This document shows, in pieces, positions 37,828 to 48,571 of a stretch of DNA of 64,000 bases. Under the pieces are notes generated by a model. It searched no databases. It had not been told where the DNA came from and was given only the letters and a program-made list of their open reading frames with translations. This DNA comes from Schmidtea polychroa (Eukaryota): positions 28,520,001 to 28,584,000 of the forward strand of contig CM097888.1 in NCBI GenBank assembly GCA_044892525.1. Reading direction: 5' to 3'. A program made the position numbers and the translations under genes. The number at the start of each line of letters is the position of its first letter. Within the stretch, counting starts at the first letter, position 1.

Positions 37828-38571
37828 GTATTTCAAAAAAATTAAAAATAAAAGCCAAAATTTTATTATTAAATGATCATAGTGTAAATATTAAAGAAAA
37901 TTAAATTATTAGCTGCAGTATTATTTTCTTTGATTATGTAAATCAACACTTTATAAACCATAATATGATTTTATAATTAATTAAATAAATCAACTACTAA
38001 AATGGTCTTCAAAGTGGATGCTCTTAAGAATAATTCCAATGCGAGTTCAAATCTATAAACCTAATAAGTTTCAATGTTAATTCGCGATAATATACAGAGG
38101 GGAAGTGCGGTTCGTACTGCTTTAGTTCCCGATTTTTAAGTAAGTAGAAATGGTATTATATAACGTTGTCTTCTACACGTACATCCTGGTTTAGGCAACA
38201 TTAGAAATGTGCCAAATGTGTGAATAACATCAAAGTATGAGCTCCATTGAATTGTAAATGCCCTGGTGTAAACTGGATTCGCAAGCTGCATTTAGAAGTT
38301 TAAGTCAGTTTGTCCCTACACTGTAATTTATTTTTAAATATGTTAGTGCTTAAGTGTATGTCTTTTTTTCTTTTTTCCCCCTATAGCTTAACCCTATTCA
38401 GTAAGAAGCCTTAGAACAAAGAGACACACTTAATCTAGAAATTTTAACGACTACAGAACAACTGAATTAGAAACAGAAGAAAATAAATTGGTTAAAAGCA
38501 ACTTGGCTTTACCTAATAAGGCCCATGAATTACCAGTGTATCTTTCGCTTGGATCGATCTAGAGAAGAGAT

Positions 38572-39563
38572 TGTGACGGAAAGCAGAGCGCAGCAATTAG
38601 TAATCCGTAAACAGCATGCATTTTTGTCGAAAGTATACAACGCGAGAGAGCTATAACACCGAATCCTGCAAGTAGCTTGGACGTGCCAAGCTATCACCTA
38701 TTATCCAGTGGTAATTCAATGGAGGCCACCCCAGCACCTCCAATTGCAATACTCCCCAGCAACCGCAGTACATGTAAGAAAAGTGGCTACATCTACTGCA
38801 AACAGAAACCACTATACGAAGAACTACAGACTGCGACGATAGTGAGCAAAAGCACGGTGGCTACAAAATTTTAATTCTAACCCACTTCCTCATATTTTTG
38901 TACTTACATTAGAAATGTAATCTTCTCATTTTTTGCTCAATTAATCTAACTAAATTTGGACAGGCTCCCCCTTTTATAGTTCAGTCAATTATGTATTGTA
39001 ATGCTAATTTTAATTGTATAAATAATGATAATAAGACTTTATAGCAATTTGTAATGGACCAATTATATTACTATTTCCTGAGCCTTTAACTATTAATTCA
39101 TGAACTTCATACTAGTCTCAATGTTCTATGTGTAAAGTTAAGTCTAAAGAGATTATTCGCTCGTTTCTCTCGGCCTACTAGACGTCTGAAAAACGAACCC
39201 AAAATCACTTTCACTAAATGTAATTAATTAAATTGTTCGTTGCACCGGCATACTAGACTCGATACAGCGAATCCTCAGTTTTGTGTAACGCCCTAGATCT
39301 AATTTACTACCTATTATATAGAGTTGGCTGCAGGCCAGAAAAAGGAAGATGTAGGGTTGGATGGGATCTCGTTCATCTAAAATAAAAGTAGCAATAAACG
39401 AATATCCTAATCAAACTTATATCACAATAATTTATGAGTAATAATAAAAACAAATATATTAAAACCTTTTTGTTAGTTAACTTGTTTGGCAGCCATTTTT
39501 ATGAATTGTTCTTGTTACCTGTCTATTTTTATTGAAAATTTTATTCCTAATGTTGGGGTTACA
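38572..39563 (-). repeat. Candidate 3' LTR (alternative start at 40956)
   Basis: Minus strand starts TGTAAC (39563) and ends GTCACA (38572) and contains TATAAAAGGGG (38978-38968). No second copy in the window to confirm it. Confidence 0.4.
38968..38978 (-). promoter_or_regulatory. TATA-box-like motif in the candidate LTR
   Basis: Minus strand TATAAAAGGGG; ATTAAA about 100 nt downstream (38875-38870). Confidence 0.4.
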
Positions 39564-40087
39564 CCTCGGCTGACCACTCTACCATGTTGACGGGTCTAAG
39601 GGTTGATTGTCCATCTCGAATAAAAGGTGCCACCGATTTGTCAACCTGGAGTGAAACCCCACATAACTTTCTTCCAACATAGTGCCCGTGAATCACTTCA
39701 CGTTGGTACTGCACTATGCAGGCGAGACGCCAGCAAGCAGGTGAGCTTCTGCCTTAAAACTACTCCTTGCTGAGGCCTCGACTTCCCATTCACGACTGCC
39801 GTTAGAAGGGCTTACGTCCATTTCCTTACACAACCACTTATCAGGATTCGCTGAATACAAATTGGGAATTTCTCACTAGATCTGGCGGGTTCTCTACTCA
39901 ACCCACTTAATTAAAGTCTAATTATTCATGAACGAAAACGTGTAAGACAACAAGATTTATTAATTTCAACGTTATGACACAAGGATTCAGCTGTACACTT
40001 TACTAATGTTTGTCGAAAGAAGAGAAAACATCATAATCAACATAGATCGGATCCTTGTTCTTCATCTTGACCGCCACTGGGATTTTA

Positions 40088-40837
40088 TTATTTCTCCCAT
40101 TCAGTGTCGGCGAATAATTCGTCGAGGTTGAAAAACTCGGAAGCGTTCTCTTCCCACATTACGCCAGCGGCTGATATGATTCGCGCTGAGGGTCCCGTTG
40201 TTAGGTCGATGGACACGTGAGAGTTGCCACCGTTGGTTGAGTCCTCTATTGATGGGATGTTTGGCTTGGTAGTGGCGCGTTCGCGCTGTCTCTTCTTGCG
40301 CTCTGCACGAGAGAGTTGTTTTCGCTTGGGTTTGCTTGAAGATGCCACTTGCAGAAGGGTGACTGATACGGATGGACTAGCAGTGGGGGGCTTACTGGTA
40401 CCCGTGATGACAACATCTGGTCGCTTGGGGGACAATTCGGTTTTGACGCAGTCTCGGCACGGTCTCTTGAACGGTGGAGATGGATTCGAGGAAAGGTTGT
40501 GATGAGGCGGAAAGATGTCATCGGCCTCTCGGATGGGAATCTGCACAATTTTTCGGGTCGTAGCCGCCTGCACGTAAACCTTATGCAGTGCTTCGGATTG
40601 TTCTCTGATTAGACTTCTTTGGGCACGGCTCTCAGATATTAGCGCGTCCCGGCAATGCTCGCTACGATCGAGCTTCTTTTGGATCTCCTTCATCCGAGCG
40701 GGACTAAACCATGTCCCTTCCAGCTCGTCGATTTTTCGTTTATATCGACCGATCTGGGCTTGAAGGTCTTTAATCACTGCATTTTTATCTGAGCAGGAGA
40801 AGCAGGGACGTAGAGCTGATTTGTTGTTTGATAACAT
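40088..40837 (-). CDS. 249-aa accessory ORF: CxxC, coiled coil, basic NLS-like stretch, acidic-aromatic C-terminus
   Basis: PCFSC, PCRDC, KPKRKQLSRAERKKRQRER, EFFNLDELFADTEWEK. Strong polypyrimidine acceptor ttttcttctttAG just upstream; AATAAA ~130 nt after the stop. Confidence 0.7.
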   Translation of the reverse strand: MLSNNKSALRPCFSCSDKNAVIKDLQAQIGRYKRKIDELEGTWFSPARMKEIQKKLDRSEHCRDALISESRAQRSLIREQSEALHKVYVQAATTRKIVQIPIREADDIFPPHHNLSSNPSPPFKRPCRDCVKTELSPKRPDVVITGTSKPPTASPSVSVTLLQVASSSKPKRKQLSRAERKKRQRERATTKPNIPSIEDSTNGGNSHVSIDLTTGPSARIISAAGVMWEENASEFFNLDELFADTEWEK

Positions 40838-43800
40838 AATAGATGGCTAAAGAAGAAAACTATGATGACTATATCTAAAAATTTCGGATCAGATATACGT
40901 TTTATTCGCTATTGGATACTTAGTGCTGGAAGAAAACAAGACGAGTCGATGAAACAGGATCCCTCCCTTCTCCCTCGATTACTAATATTTTACGTATCCT
41001 TTACAAAAAATTATTCCTCAACGCCCTGATTGCTTCCCTGACGAATGCAAATTATTTGTAAAAATTTTAATTTTCGTCTATCGCGTTCGAGTTGGATTTC
41101 TATCTATCGCACATAAAGGCAATTTACGGATTTGTTCATGCCGGAGTGAATAAACCTATTTCATTACAAATACACTATACTACACTTCGTTTAAATTTCG
41201 CTGATTATTTGTTGTTATTCTAATGCAAAATAAGGTTATTGGACCAAATGCAACTAGTAAAAAACTTGCACCCCTACCTCAAGTAGCGGAATAAGTAACA
41301 ACTCGTAATTTCGTATAAACTATACGTCACTATTTCATGATTACCCCTTATCCATACCATACGGTGATATCGTCGTAGAAATGTAGCATCGTAAAAATAT
41401 TGTAATTACATAATAATTTGTTATCGGATTTAGTTTTCTATTGCGATACGTAGTTTACATGGAATATGAGAAATTTAAATACAATATTACTAGCTATTTT
41501 ATAACCCAAAAATTCCTGTAGATGCTTTGGTTAATTTAAATTTGGCTCGAAGGCTACTACTATTATTTGTAACATCTAATTAGAATTACGATAAACCTCT
41601 ACAACCCTTAGGTAAAACTTCCTATGGTTTAGTTATAAAGTTTGGTTTGAATTTTCGGTTATTAATTAAAATACCCCTTCAACAATTTCGATTTTTATTT
41701 AGAATATTTAATTTAAGCAAAATTATCTTTAATGAGTGCACTTTAGAGAGTCTCTTATCTTAGTAGTCGGTTACTGGTTATTTGGCTTATCTTTTTAGTG
41801 GTACGAATGACCTTTATCAGTAGTGAAATTTAAGAGTCAGTCATCTGGAAGTCACATCTCATGTCAGCATTATCTAATAGGACCACTGATTACTACTCAC
41901 ACACTAAGAATCCTAGAGAGGGTGACACATGGCGGCATTCCCTGCGGTGAGAGGCATTCGGAATGATTCTGCTGTTTCTCATGCATATTTCTGACCGGAT
42001 GACGCTACTCATAGTTATGTTAGCAGTATGTCTGTATGTATGGGTGCCTATTCGATGGAAATTTTATCTGTAACTATCAACCGTACTGAGCGAACTGCAA
42101 ATGTTACATCGCGTGTCGATTCCCATCTGAGCTTATGATGTTGGATTTATTTACTACGACTCGTAATTTCCTCAATATTGGATGCTTTTGAACGATGGAA
42201 GATCTCTACGAACCAGCCAACTAGACTCTATGAAGCATATTTCAGTAGTGGATATTTCGACGCGACAGCATGAAAATTATTCAATGGGTATTACCAGATT
42301 TTGTTAATATATGTGATTGATTACAGTATTATTGTGGTTTTATGTTTTACTTTTCCTTTATTGTAAATTCCTCCTCATATGCTAAGATTTGGATGTCGCA
42401 TCTGAAAGAGATGACCTAAATTAGATTTACTTTTTCAAAAATCTACCGAATGCAATTTCAACTTCTCGATATGTTAGAAAAACCAGCGATGGATGTTTAA
42501 TGGTATTTTCCCCCACATGGTAAGTTCGGATTTATAGACAGAAGTGGCATGAATGTCTTATAAGACGACTCTGGACAATACAGAGTTAATAGGAGAACTC
42601 CCTCAGTCGCTGTGAAGCACATATCCTATTTTCGAAAATTTCATAAGGTTTCCTTTCGGTCTATATTTCGGTACTCTGACAGATTTTAAGTCCTTCAGCA
42701 ATTGGACCCGTGAAGAAGCCTTCACATTTCGGCCCAATCTAGCTGCGTGATTGAAATACTCCATGTCCACCGGCTGAGCTCCCGAAGGCACCTCATACCA
42801 TGACATGGAGTATCTCAACTCCACGTTACTCGTTAATATTAGAAATCATAAAACTATCACTTCAAAATAAATATCCATAAAAATTATGTAAGAGTTCACC
42901 TGTTACCAATAAATACTTTTAAACATTTAAATTATTTACTTTATCAAAATCGTTATTCAGGATCAAATGAAAAGAGAGTCTGTTTAAATTTAAAAGTTTA
43001 ATTGCTCATTAAATATACACCTTTACTATTAACTTCGAAAAACAATATCATAAATAAAAATCCCTTACTATGGAATTAGGCTGAATCGGAAAATTAACGT
43101 TAGTCGTTCCAAATTAGTCTGATGATGGTTCGTCGAATGTCGATTGCTGTGACTGATTTCGAATTGCTGTGAAGTTTTTCGAATTAACTGTTGCTCTACT
43201 TGTATTGCTGATCCTTGAAATAAGTCTCCGTGAGTTGTAGATGTCTATGAAATGCTCGGGGTTAACAGTAAATTTAATGTTTTTGGTAGTTGTATATATA
43301 TCAAATTCTTATTTGTGCGGACCAATCAGAGTTGAGTACCGCTTATTTCTATTAATTTAATATAATTTTCTTGTTTTTAGGTTGTTTTCTCCTTATTTTC
43401 TTTATTTTTAATATGTTTTTCTATTTATTTCCTTAATTTCCTTATTATTTCTTGAATTCCTCTTTATTTATTTGTCAACTTGTTCTATTTTAATCTTTTC
43501 TTAATTTTATTTTTTGTTTTAATTCTTATGTCTTAATTATTATTTTCCTTATACCTTATTCTATTTTATTTCTGATTTTATTTATTTTATTTTTATTTTT
43601 CTTAATGTTCTACTTCCCTACTTTCTTATTTTTCAACGATTAAATTTTCGACTCAGCCCAACAAATCACTCGGGGACCCATCAAAATTGCGTCCCGCAAT
43701 TGCATAATTAACTTAATTCATTCATTCAAAAAAAAATATAACACGAACACGAAAATTATACAACAATGATAAAATTTTTATTGTAAGATCAAGGTCAAAG

Positions 43801-43888
43801 CAAGATCAAGCAAGTATCACTTAAGGTGATAGTTTGTACATACAATAAAAGTTTCCACATATAATAACACAAATGTTTGAGTTAGAGT

Positions 43889-44557
43889 TTATGAACTGTT
43901 AACCATTGATGCTTCTGCTGGCGGCTGTTGGTTGGTTTGGGTATTGATGTTGAGATAGGTCTGACTATTAGATTTCGGCTGGATTGGTTGATTACTCGGG
44001 GTTCGAGGTCGGAATGGGGATGGGTTAAGATTTGTCAGGGGCACTTCTTGAGGATTTTGGTTCGAGGTTACTCTTATTGATGTCGAGACTCTACATCTAT
44101 TTCGAACTTCGTAAATTTTCATGAATATTGGTAGACATAGGAGGAGGGTTTCTGCGATCACCACATATATGAGATAATGGGTGTCATTGATTTCGGGAGG
44201 TATTTTTGGCTTTTCTACCAGATTTCCAAAATTCTCTTGTTGCATTTGTTGTTCCAACTGGTCGAATTGTTGAATTTGTTCGAGGATTTGTTTGTTTATC
44301 ATTTTACAAATGGGATTCTTTTTACACATTGTTTGGATGTTGTTGATGTGTGATCGGGTTGATTGAAGGGTTTGGATGATATGGGTTTTTACGGTCATCG
44401 GGTATGTGCATTGACTGGATTCTTGTTTAGGTTCTTGATTTTGATTTCGGTAATCTCGTACGATTTTCGGTTGGGCGTCTATTTGTTTGCTCTCCATCAG
44501 AATCATCAATACCATCATTGTTATCATTATCTCGCCTCGCATGATACTATTATACAT
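43889..44557 (-). CDS. Type I membrane protein-like accessory ORF (222 aa; likely start 44542)
   Basis: Signal-like MITMMVLMILMESKQIDA, Q-rich helical ectodomain with 3 Cys, TM YLIYVVIAETLLLCLPIFM, P/Q/N-rich tail. Confidence 0.75.
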   Translation of the reverse strand: MYNSIMRGEIMITMMVLMILMESKQIDAQPKIVRDYRNQNQEPKQESSQCTYPMTVKTHIIQTLQSTRSHINNIQTMCKKNPICKMINKQILEQIQQFDQLEQQMQQENFGNLVEKPKIPPEINDTHYLIYVVIAETLLLCLPIFMKIYEVRNRCRVSTSIRVTSNQNPQEVPLTNLNPSPFRPRTPSNQPIQPKSNSQTYLNINTQTNQQPPAEASMVNSS

Positions 44558-44597
44558 TCATTATGTTTATTTACAATTGGTTTTAATGACCCTTAAT

Positions 44598-45350
44598 TTA
44601 ATGGTTCTGATTTGGATTATTTTCGCCGATTCTCATCAAGGTGGACTCTGCTTTAATTACCCTGTGTCTTAACTCGGGCAGCATTTCCAATTGTCGGTCT
44701 TTTTCACGGGCTTCTCTCTTTAGATGTCTAATTTCCTTTTCCAAGCGTCTAATTTCTTCCCTTTTCTTTTCAAGGTTTCTTTTTAGCTCGATTTGTAGGA
44801 GATCTTGTTCGTTTTCTTGCAGGTAATTTTGTTGTTGATGTTTTCTTTCTATTTCTCTATATTTGCGGACCCACTTCCTCATTTCTTTACTTTCCCGTTG
44901 GTTTTCTTCTAGTTGTCGTTTTAATTTATTTATAGCTGTTTGGCGCTCCTTCGCCTCAGTTTTCCAGTAGTCTTGGATTACCTCCTTTGCTTTGAAGCTT
45001 GCCCTCTCTTTCCATAGTTCTTCCGCTATCTTTTCCCAGTTTTTCCCTCGCTTCCTTTGTTCGTGTAGCCATTCATTTTCCTCTTCCGTTTCTCTTTTTA
45101 TTTCCCCCAACGCTTCGCACTCTTTCTTTAACACCTTTATCATTTTCCGGTCCTCCAGGTATTTGTTTATTAATCTCCCGTTTTCGTATTTCTCTTCCCG
45201 TAACTCGGCCTTTAGCGTTTGTGTTTCTGTTGTTTCTGCCTCAATCTCTCCCTCTTCTACGTCGCTCATAATTTCTATCATTTCCTCGATTTTCATATCT
45301 ATAATATGTACAGTTAATGGTGCGCTATAGTGCGACTTATACGTATACAT
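44598..45350 (-). CDS. Coiled-coil accessory ORF (250 aa; likely start 45296)
   Basis: Continuous E/K/R-rich heptads; co-oriented with the element. Confidence 0.75.
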   Translation of the reverse strand: MYTYKSHYSAPLTVHIIDMKIEEMIEIMSDVEEGEIEAETTETQTLKAELREEKYENGRLINKYLEDRKMIKVLKKECEALGEIKRETEEENEWLHEQRKRGKNWEKIAEELWKERASFKAKEVIQDYWKTEAKERQTAINKLKRQLEENQRESKEMRKWVRKYREIERKHQQQNYLQENEQDLLQIELKRNLEKKREEIRRLEKEIRHLKREAREKDRQLEMLPELRHRVIKAESTLMRIGENNPNQNH

Positions 45351-45464
45351 TGATATAAAATTTAATAGTTTGGGTTACAGTCCCCTGAATACTTTTACAA
45401 TACTTTAATTTTTTTGTTTGGGATATACGTCCCGGTTTTTAGTTTTTCATCTTTTCATCCATCC

Positions 45465-46520
45465 TCATACGAAGGTTTCCTCCTGGCCTACATAACCTTC
45501 ATCACTATCGACCGCGGAATGTAACTGTATCGCAATAGGGTCGTATGGTAGGTAATATTGGGGAATTTGAGCTCTCAATTCACTAACTTCGTCTCTTAGA
45601 GCTCGAGTGATATTCAATTCCTCGTCGAGCAGATAGGTGAGATACCTTGTCTCTTCATCTTTCGCCTCTATCTGTTTGTCTAGGGCCTTGATTTTCTCGT
45701 CGCCCTTCCATTTTTCAATTTCTATTTCTAAGTTTTTAATATTTTCGGTGTACATTTTCCTTTCGTTTTCTAATTTTCTGTTTTTTCCCGCTAGGACCAT
45801 GTTTCTTTGTTCCAGCGATCCTTGTAATCCATTAAGGTCTCTTTTCATCTCTTCTACCTGATTTACTAATTCCACAACCCGTCCCGCTTGTTGGGTTATC
45901 ATCTCTTCCATTGCGGCATTCTCGTGCTCTCTTATGTCGCACTTCATTGCCAAATGTCGCTCAAACTCCATAGCCTTTGTTTGCCAGGTTTGGCTTCGGG
46001 CGGCGACCTTTCTCAACCTTTTTAATTCTTCCTTTATTATTAAATTCTCCTCCCATTTACCTTGTTCGCTTTCATATCCGAGTCTCATGGGCAATTCTTT
46101 CATCTCTTTTTTCATTTCTCTGTTTTGTCTTTTCCATTTTCTCGCTTCTGCCACTAAGTGCATCATTTTCCTGTCTTCTATTTGTTTTTCCGCTTCGCGC
46201 TTGGTGTTCTCATCGGTAAGTCTCTTTCTCGCTTCCTGCACCAGCTGCTTTAAGTAGTGGCTGTGTGCTTCTTGGCGGGTATTTTCTAGTGCCGCCCATT
46301 TTGATGCTCTTTTGCATGCTTCTGCTTCCGCTCTTAAGTTGTGTATTAACCATTGGTATTGACTATTCTCATCTTCTCTAGTTTCCTCGATGTGATTTCG
46401 GGTGAGATTAGTTAGTTGGAACATTACTTTGTTCCATTTTTTGTTATGTTCTCGGGGAATTTGTGTCTTGTTGACATTGGTTGGGGCTATCGCAGTTTCG
46501 GTTATTTTCTCTTGTGTCAT
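45465..46520 (-). CDS. Coiled-coil accessory ORF (351 aa)
   Basis: Long E/K/R/L heptad region and an acidic C-terminus (DSDEGYVG). Confidence 0.8.
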   Translation of the reverse strand: MTQEKITETAIAPTNVNKTQIPREHNKKWNKVMFQLTNLTRNHIEETREDENSQYQWLIHNLRAEAEACKRASKWAALENTRQEAHSHYLKQLVQEARKRLTDENTKREAEKQIEDRKMMHLVAEARKWKRQNREMKKEMKELPMRLGYESEQGKWEENLIIKEELKRLRKVAARSQTWQTKAMEFERHLAMKCDIREHENAAMEEMITQQAGRVVELVNQVEEMKRDLNGLQGSLEQRNMVLAGKNRKLENERKMYTENIKNLEIEIEKWKGDEKIKALDKQIEAKDEETRYLTYLLDEELNITRALRDEVSELRAQIPQYYLPYDPIAIQLHSAVDSDEGYVGQEETFV

Positions 46521-46713
46521 CTCTAAATCATAGACATCGATTAATCTTTTTATTATGAAAAAGGGATTTATTCGTTATTTACTGTTTCTTGGGAAATTTT
46601 CGCATCATTTTTGGGTTTTCGTATTTAGGGTTTTCATACTATTATTATATAATATTTTATTGGTTATATACACCGATATATACAGATTATTATATACAAC
46701 ATTATTCGATTGG

Positions 46714-48102
46714 TTACTCCGTTCTACCCTTCTCCTCTTTCCTCACGGTCATCTTGATATATATGGTATCATTTCTCGCCATATCCTCTACTCTTTGTTG
46801 TGAGATGAACGTAGGTGCTCCTGTTGCTGATCCTTCTTCGTTGAGGGGCCTCTGGTAAGCTATTTGATTCCCCGTTGTTTTGAAGCTTTGCTCATGTATA
46901 CTTTGGTTGTTCATCAGAGTAATATCGATTTTTGCCTGGAACGGCCATTCTAATATTTCGTCGTATTCTCCTTTACATAACAGAAAGAAAATCGAAAAGT
47001 GCGTATCTAATCCGGTTCCGTCCCCGTTGGGATATATCTTCATTTTCATTTTGTACCCATTTTTCCAAGAATGGAATGCAGGACTTGTTATTCTTGTCTC
47101 TTCTCCGGTTTTTGCTTTTCGTATTCTTTCTTTTACTCCCGTTATTTTCCATATGTAGGGTGCTGTTGGGGTTATCTCATTTAGATTTATTTCCCGTATT
47201 TTCTGATGTAGCTCCTTGGCCTGATTATTACTGATTTCTGTTCGGTTTATTTGCATCTTTATGTTTGCTCGGGCTTCTTCGAACGCTTCCCTTTCTTCTA
47301 GTAGTTCTTTGACTAACACCTTCAACGATGTTATCTCTATCTCCATTTGTTTTACTTTCTCTTCGCTTTCTTGTAACGCAGTCGACCACATTTCTGCGTG
47401 AGTTGAAGCATTTTCTACTAAATGATGTGGTAACTCACCTCGGTGTAGTAGTTTCTGACAACCCCATCTACCTAGTACACATGTCATTCTTTTCTTTTCG
47501 CATTCCCTTAGATGCTGTGCCACCTTCATTATTTCCCCTTGGTTACATCCGTTTGGGCATTCCCCACTGAACTCTGCACATACTCTCTCCTCTTGGACAT
47601 TGTGATGTTTGAGGGTGAGATTTATCCACGTATCTATTTCTCCACAGTGTTCACATCTTTCCAATCTCTCTTCACACTGCCTTTGATGCTCTTTTTCTTC
47701 GCTTGCTCGAATGGTTTTATGGCACCTTTCACACTGGCCAATTCTGTACATACATTCTCCCATATGTTGTACTACTTTCCATATTACTCCTTTCCATTCG
47801 CATGGGGCATTTTTGCATCCCAGGTTGGTGTTTAACATATCTTTCACTGCGGCTTTATCCTCGTTAGTGTCTTCTAAACTCGATATTAGTGTCTCTTTAC
47901 ACACCGGGCACCTCTGTGGTCTATTCTTTATTGCTTCACTGATACATTCTTTACATACTCTGCATCCACATTGCGTTTGGTGAGGTTCCTTTAACAACTT
48001 TTCACATATTCCGCACATAACATGTTTGTGTATTCTGATCGTCGTAGATTTTCGGACTTGCTCGACAATCTCTCTGAACTCTTCTCTTTGTCGTTTATCC
48101 AT
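46714..48102 (-). CDS. TRAF: TRAF-family protein (RING - TRAF zinc fingers - coiled coil - MATH), 462 aa, intronless
   Basis: RING CGICEKLLKEPHQTQCGCRVCKECI..CPVC, several CxxC..H..C fingers, MATH YIWKITG..SPAFHSWKNGYKMKMKIYPNGDG..HFSIFFLLCKGEYDEILEWPF..DTIYIKMTV. Confidence 0.93.
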   Translation of the reverse strand: MDKRQREEFREIVEQVRKSTTIRIHKHVMCGICEKLLKEPHQTQCGCRVCKECISEAIKNRPQRCPVCKETLISSLEDTNEDKAAVKDMLNTNLGCKNAPCEWKGVIWKVVQHMGECMYRIGQCERCHKTIRASEEKEHQRQCEERLERCEHCGEIDTWINLTLKHHNVQEERVCAEFSGECPNGCNQGEIMKVAQHLRECEKKRMTCVLGRWGCQKLLHRGELPHHLVENASTHAEMWSTALQESEEKVKQMEIEITSLKVLVKELLEEREAFEEARANIKMQINRTEISNNQAKELHQKIREINLNEITPTAPYIWKITGVKERIRKAKTGEETRITSPAFHSWKNGYKMKMKIYPNGDGTGLDTHFSIFFLLCKGEYDEILEWPFQAKIDITLMNNQSIHEQSFKTTGNQIAYQRPLNEEGSATGAPTFISQQRVEDMARNDTIYIKMTVRKEEKGRTE

Positions 48103-48187
48103 TCTATAATTATATGTACAAATAGTTCTTATCGATACAGGTTCGATATTTTATTTACAATTATTTACATTTTGAGCTAGGTTTGGT

Positions 48188-48571
48188 TTAGGGTTCGGAA
48201 GAGTCGGCTTCGTGTCCGCTCTCCTCTCTATTCATTAGCCATTCCGACCAGTCTTCTATTTCTGTCTGTTCTGCTTCCTCCATCATTCGGTCTATTTCAA
48301 TTTCCTGTCGACGGCTATATTGGGTTATCCTCTCTATCTCTCTTTGCATTTGTTCGATTTTTAACCTCTGGTCTTCAATTATCTTCAAATAACTAAATCC
48401 TCTGTTCATACTCTCGATCAGGTTTCTGTGCATCGTCAGTCCTTGTTCTTGCAAATTGGACACTAATTGTGCTAATACGGCACATTGTTGCTTCCATAAT
48501 TCTTCAGTTACTGTATTGTGGTTCATTTCGTTATTTCCTTGATCCATTCCTAATTTATATACACTTTTCAA
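48188..48571 (-). CDS. Small coiled-coil accessory ORF (likely ATG at 48547, ~119 aa)
   Basis: ORF between the polyprotein and TRAF; heptads and an acidic tail. Confidence 0.65.
   Translation of the reverse strand: MKSVYKLGMDQGNNEMNHNTVTEELWKQQCAVLAQLVSNLQEQGLTMHRNLIESMNRGFSYLKIIEDQRLKIEQMQREIERITQYSRRQEIEIDRMMEEAEQTEIEDWSEWLMNREESGHEADSSEP

Noticed and set aside
39284-39563. 280-bp TGTAAC...GTTACA segment as a solo LTR
   Set aside because: No target-site duplication (tttg vs cctc); better treated as part of the candidate larger LTR.
42480-42560. GKFGFIDRSG resembling a bacterial WG/KWG repeat
   Set aside because: Single short match, stop codon soon after, and it overlaps a GTAAGT donor; no support for horizontal transfer.
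45371-45390. Minus-strand CAGGGGAC-TGTAAC resembling a PPT plus LTR start
   Set aside because: It lies in a short spacer between intact co-oriented ORFs; the purine run is too short and no LTR features follow.
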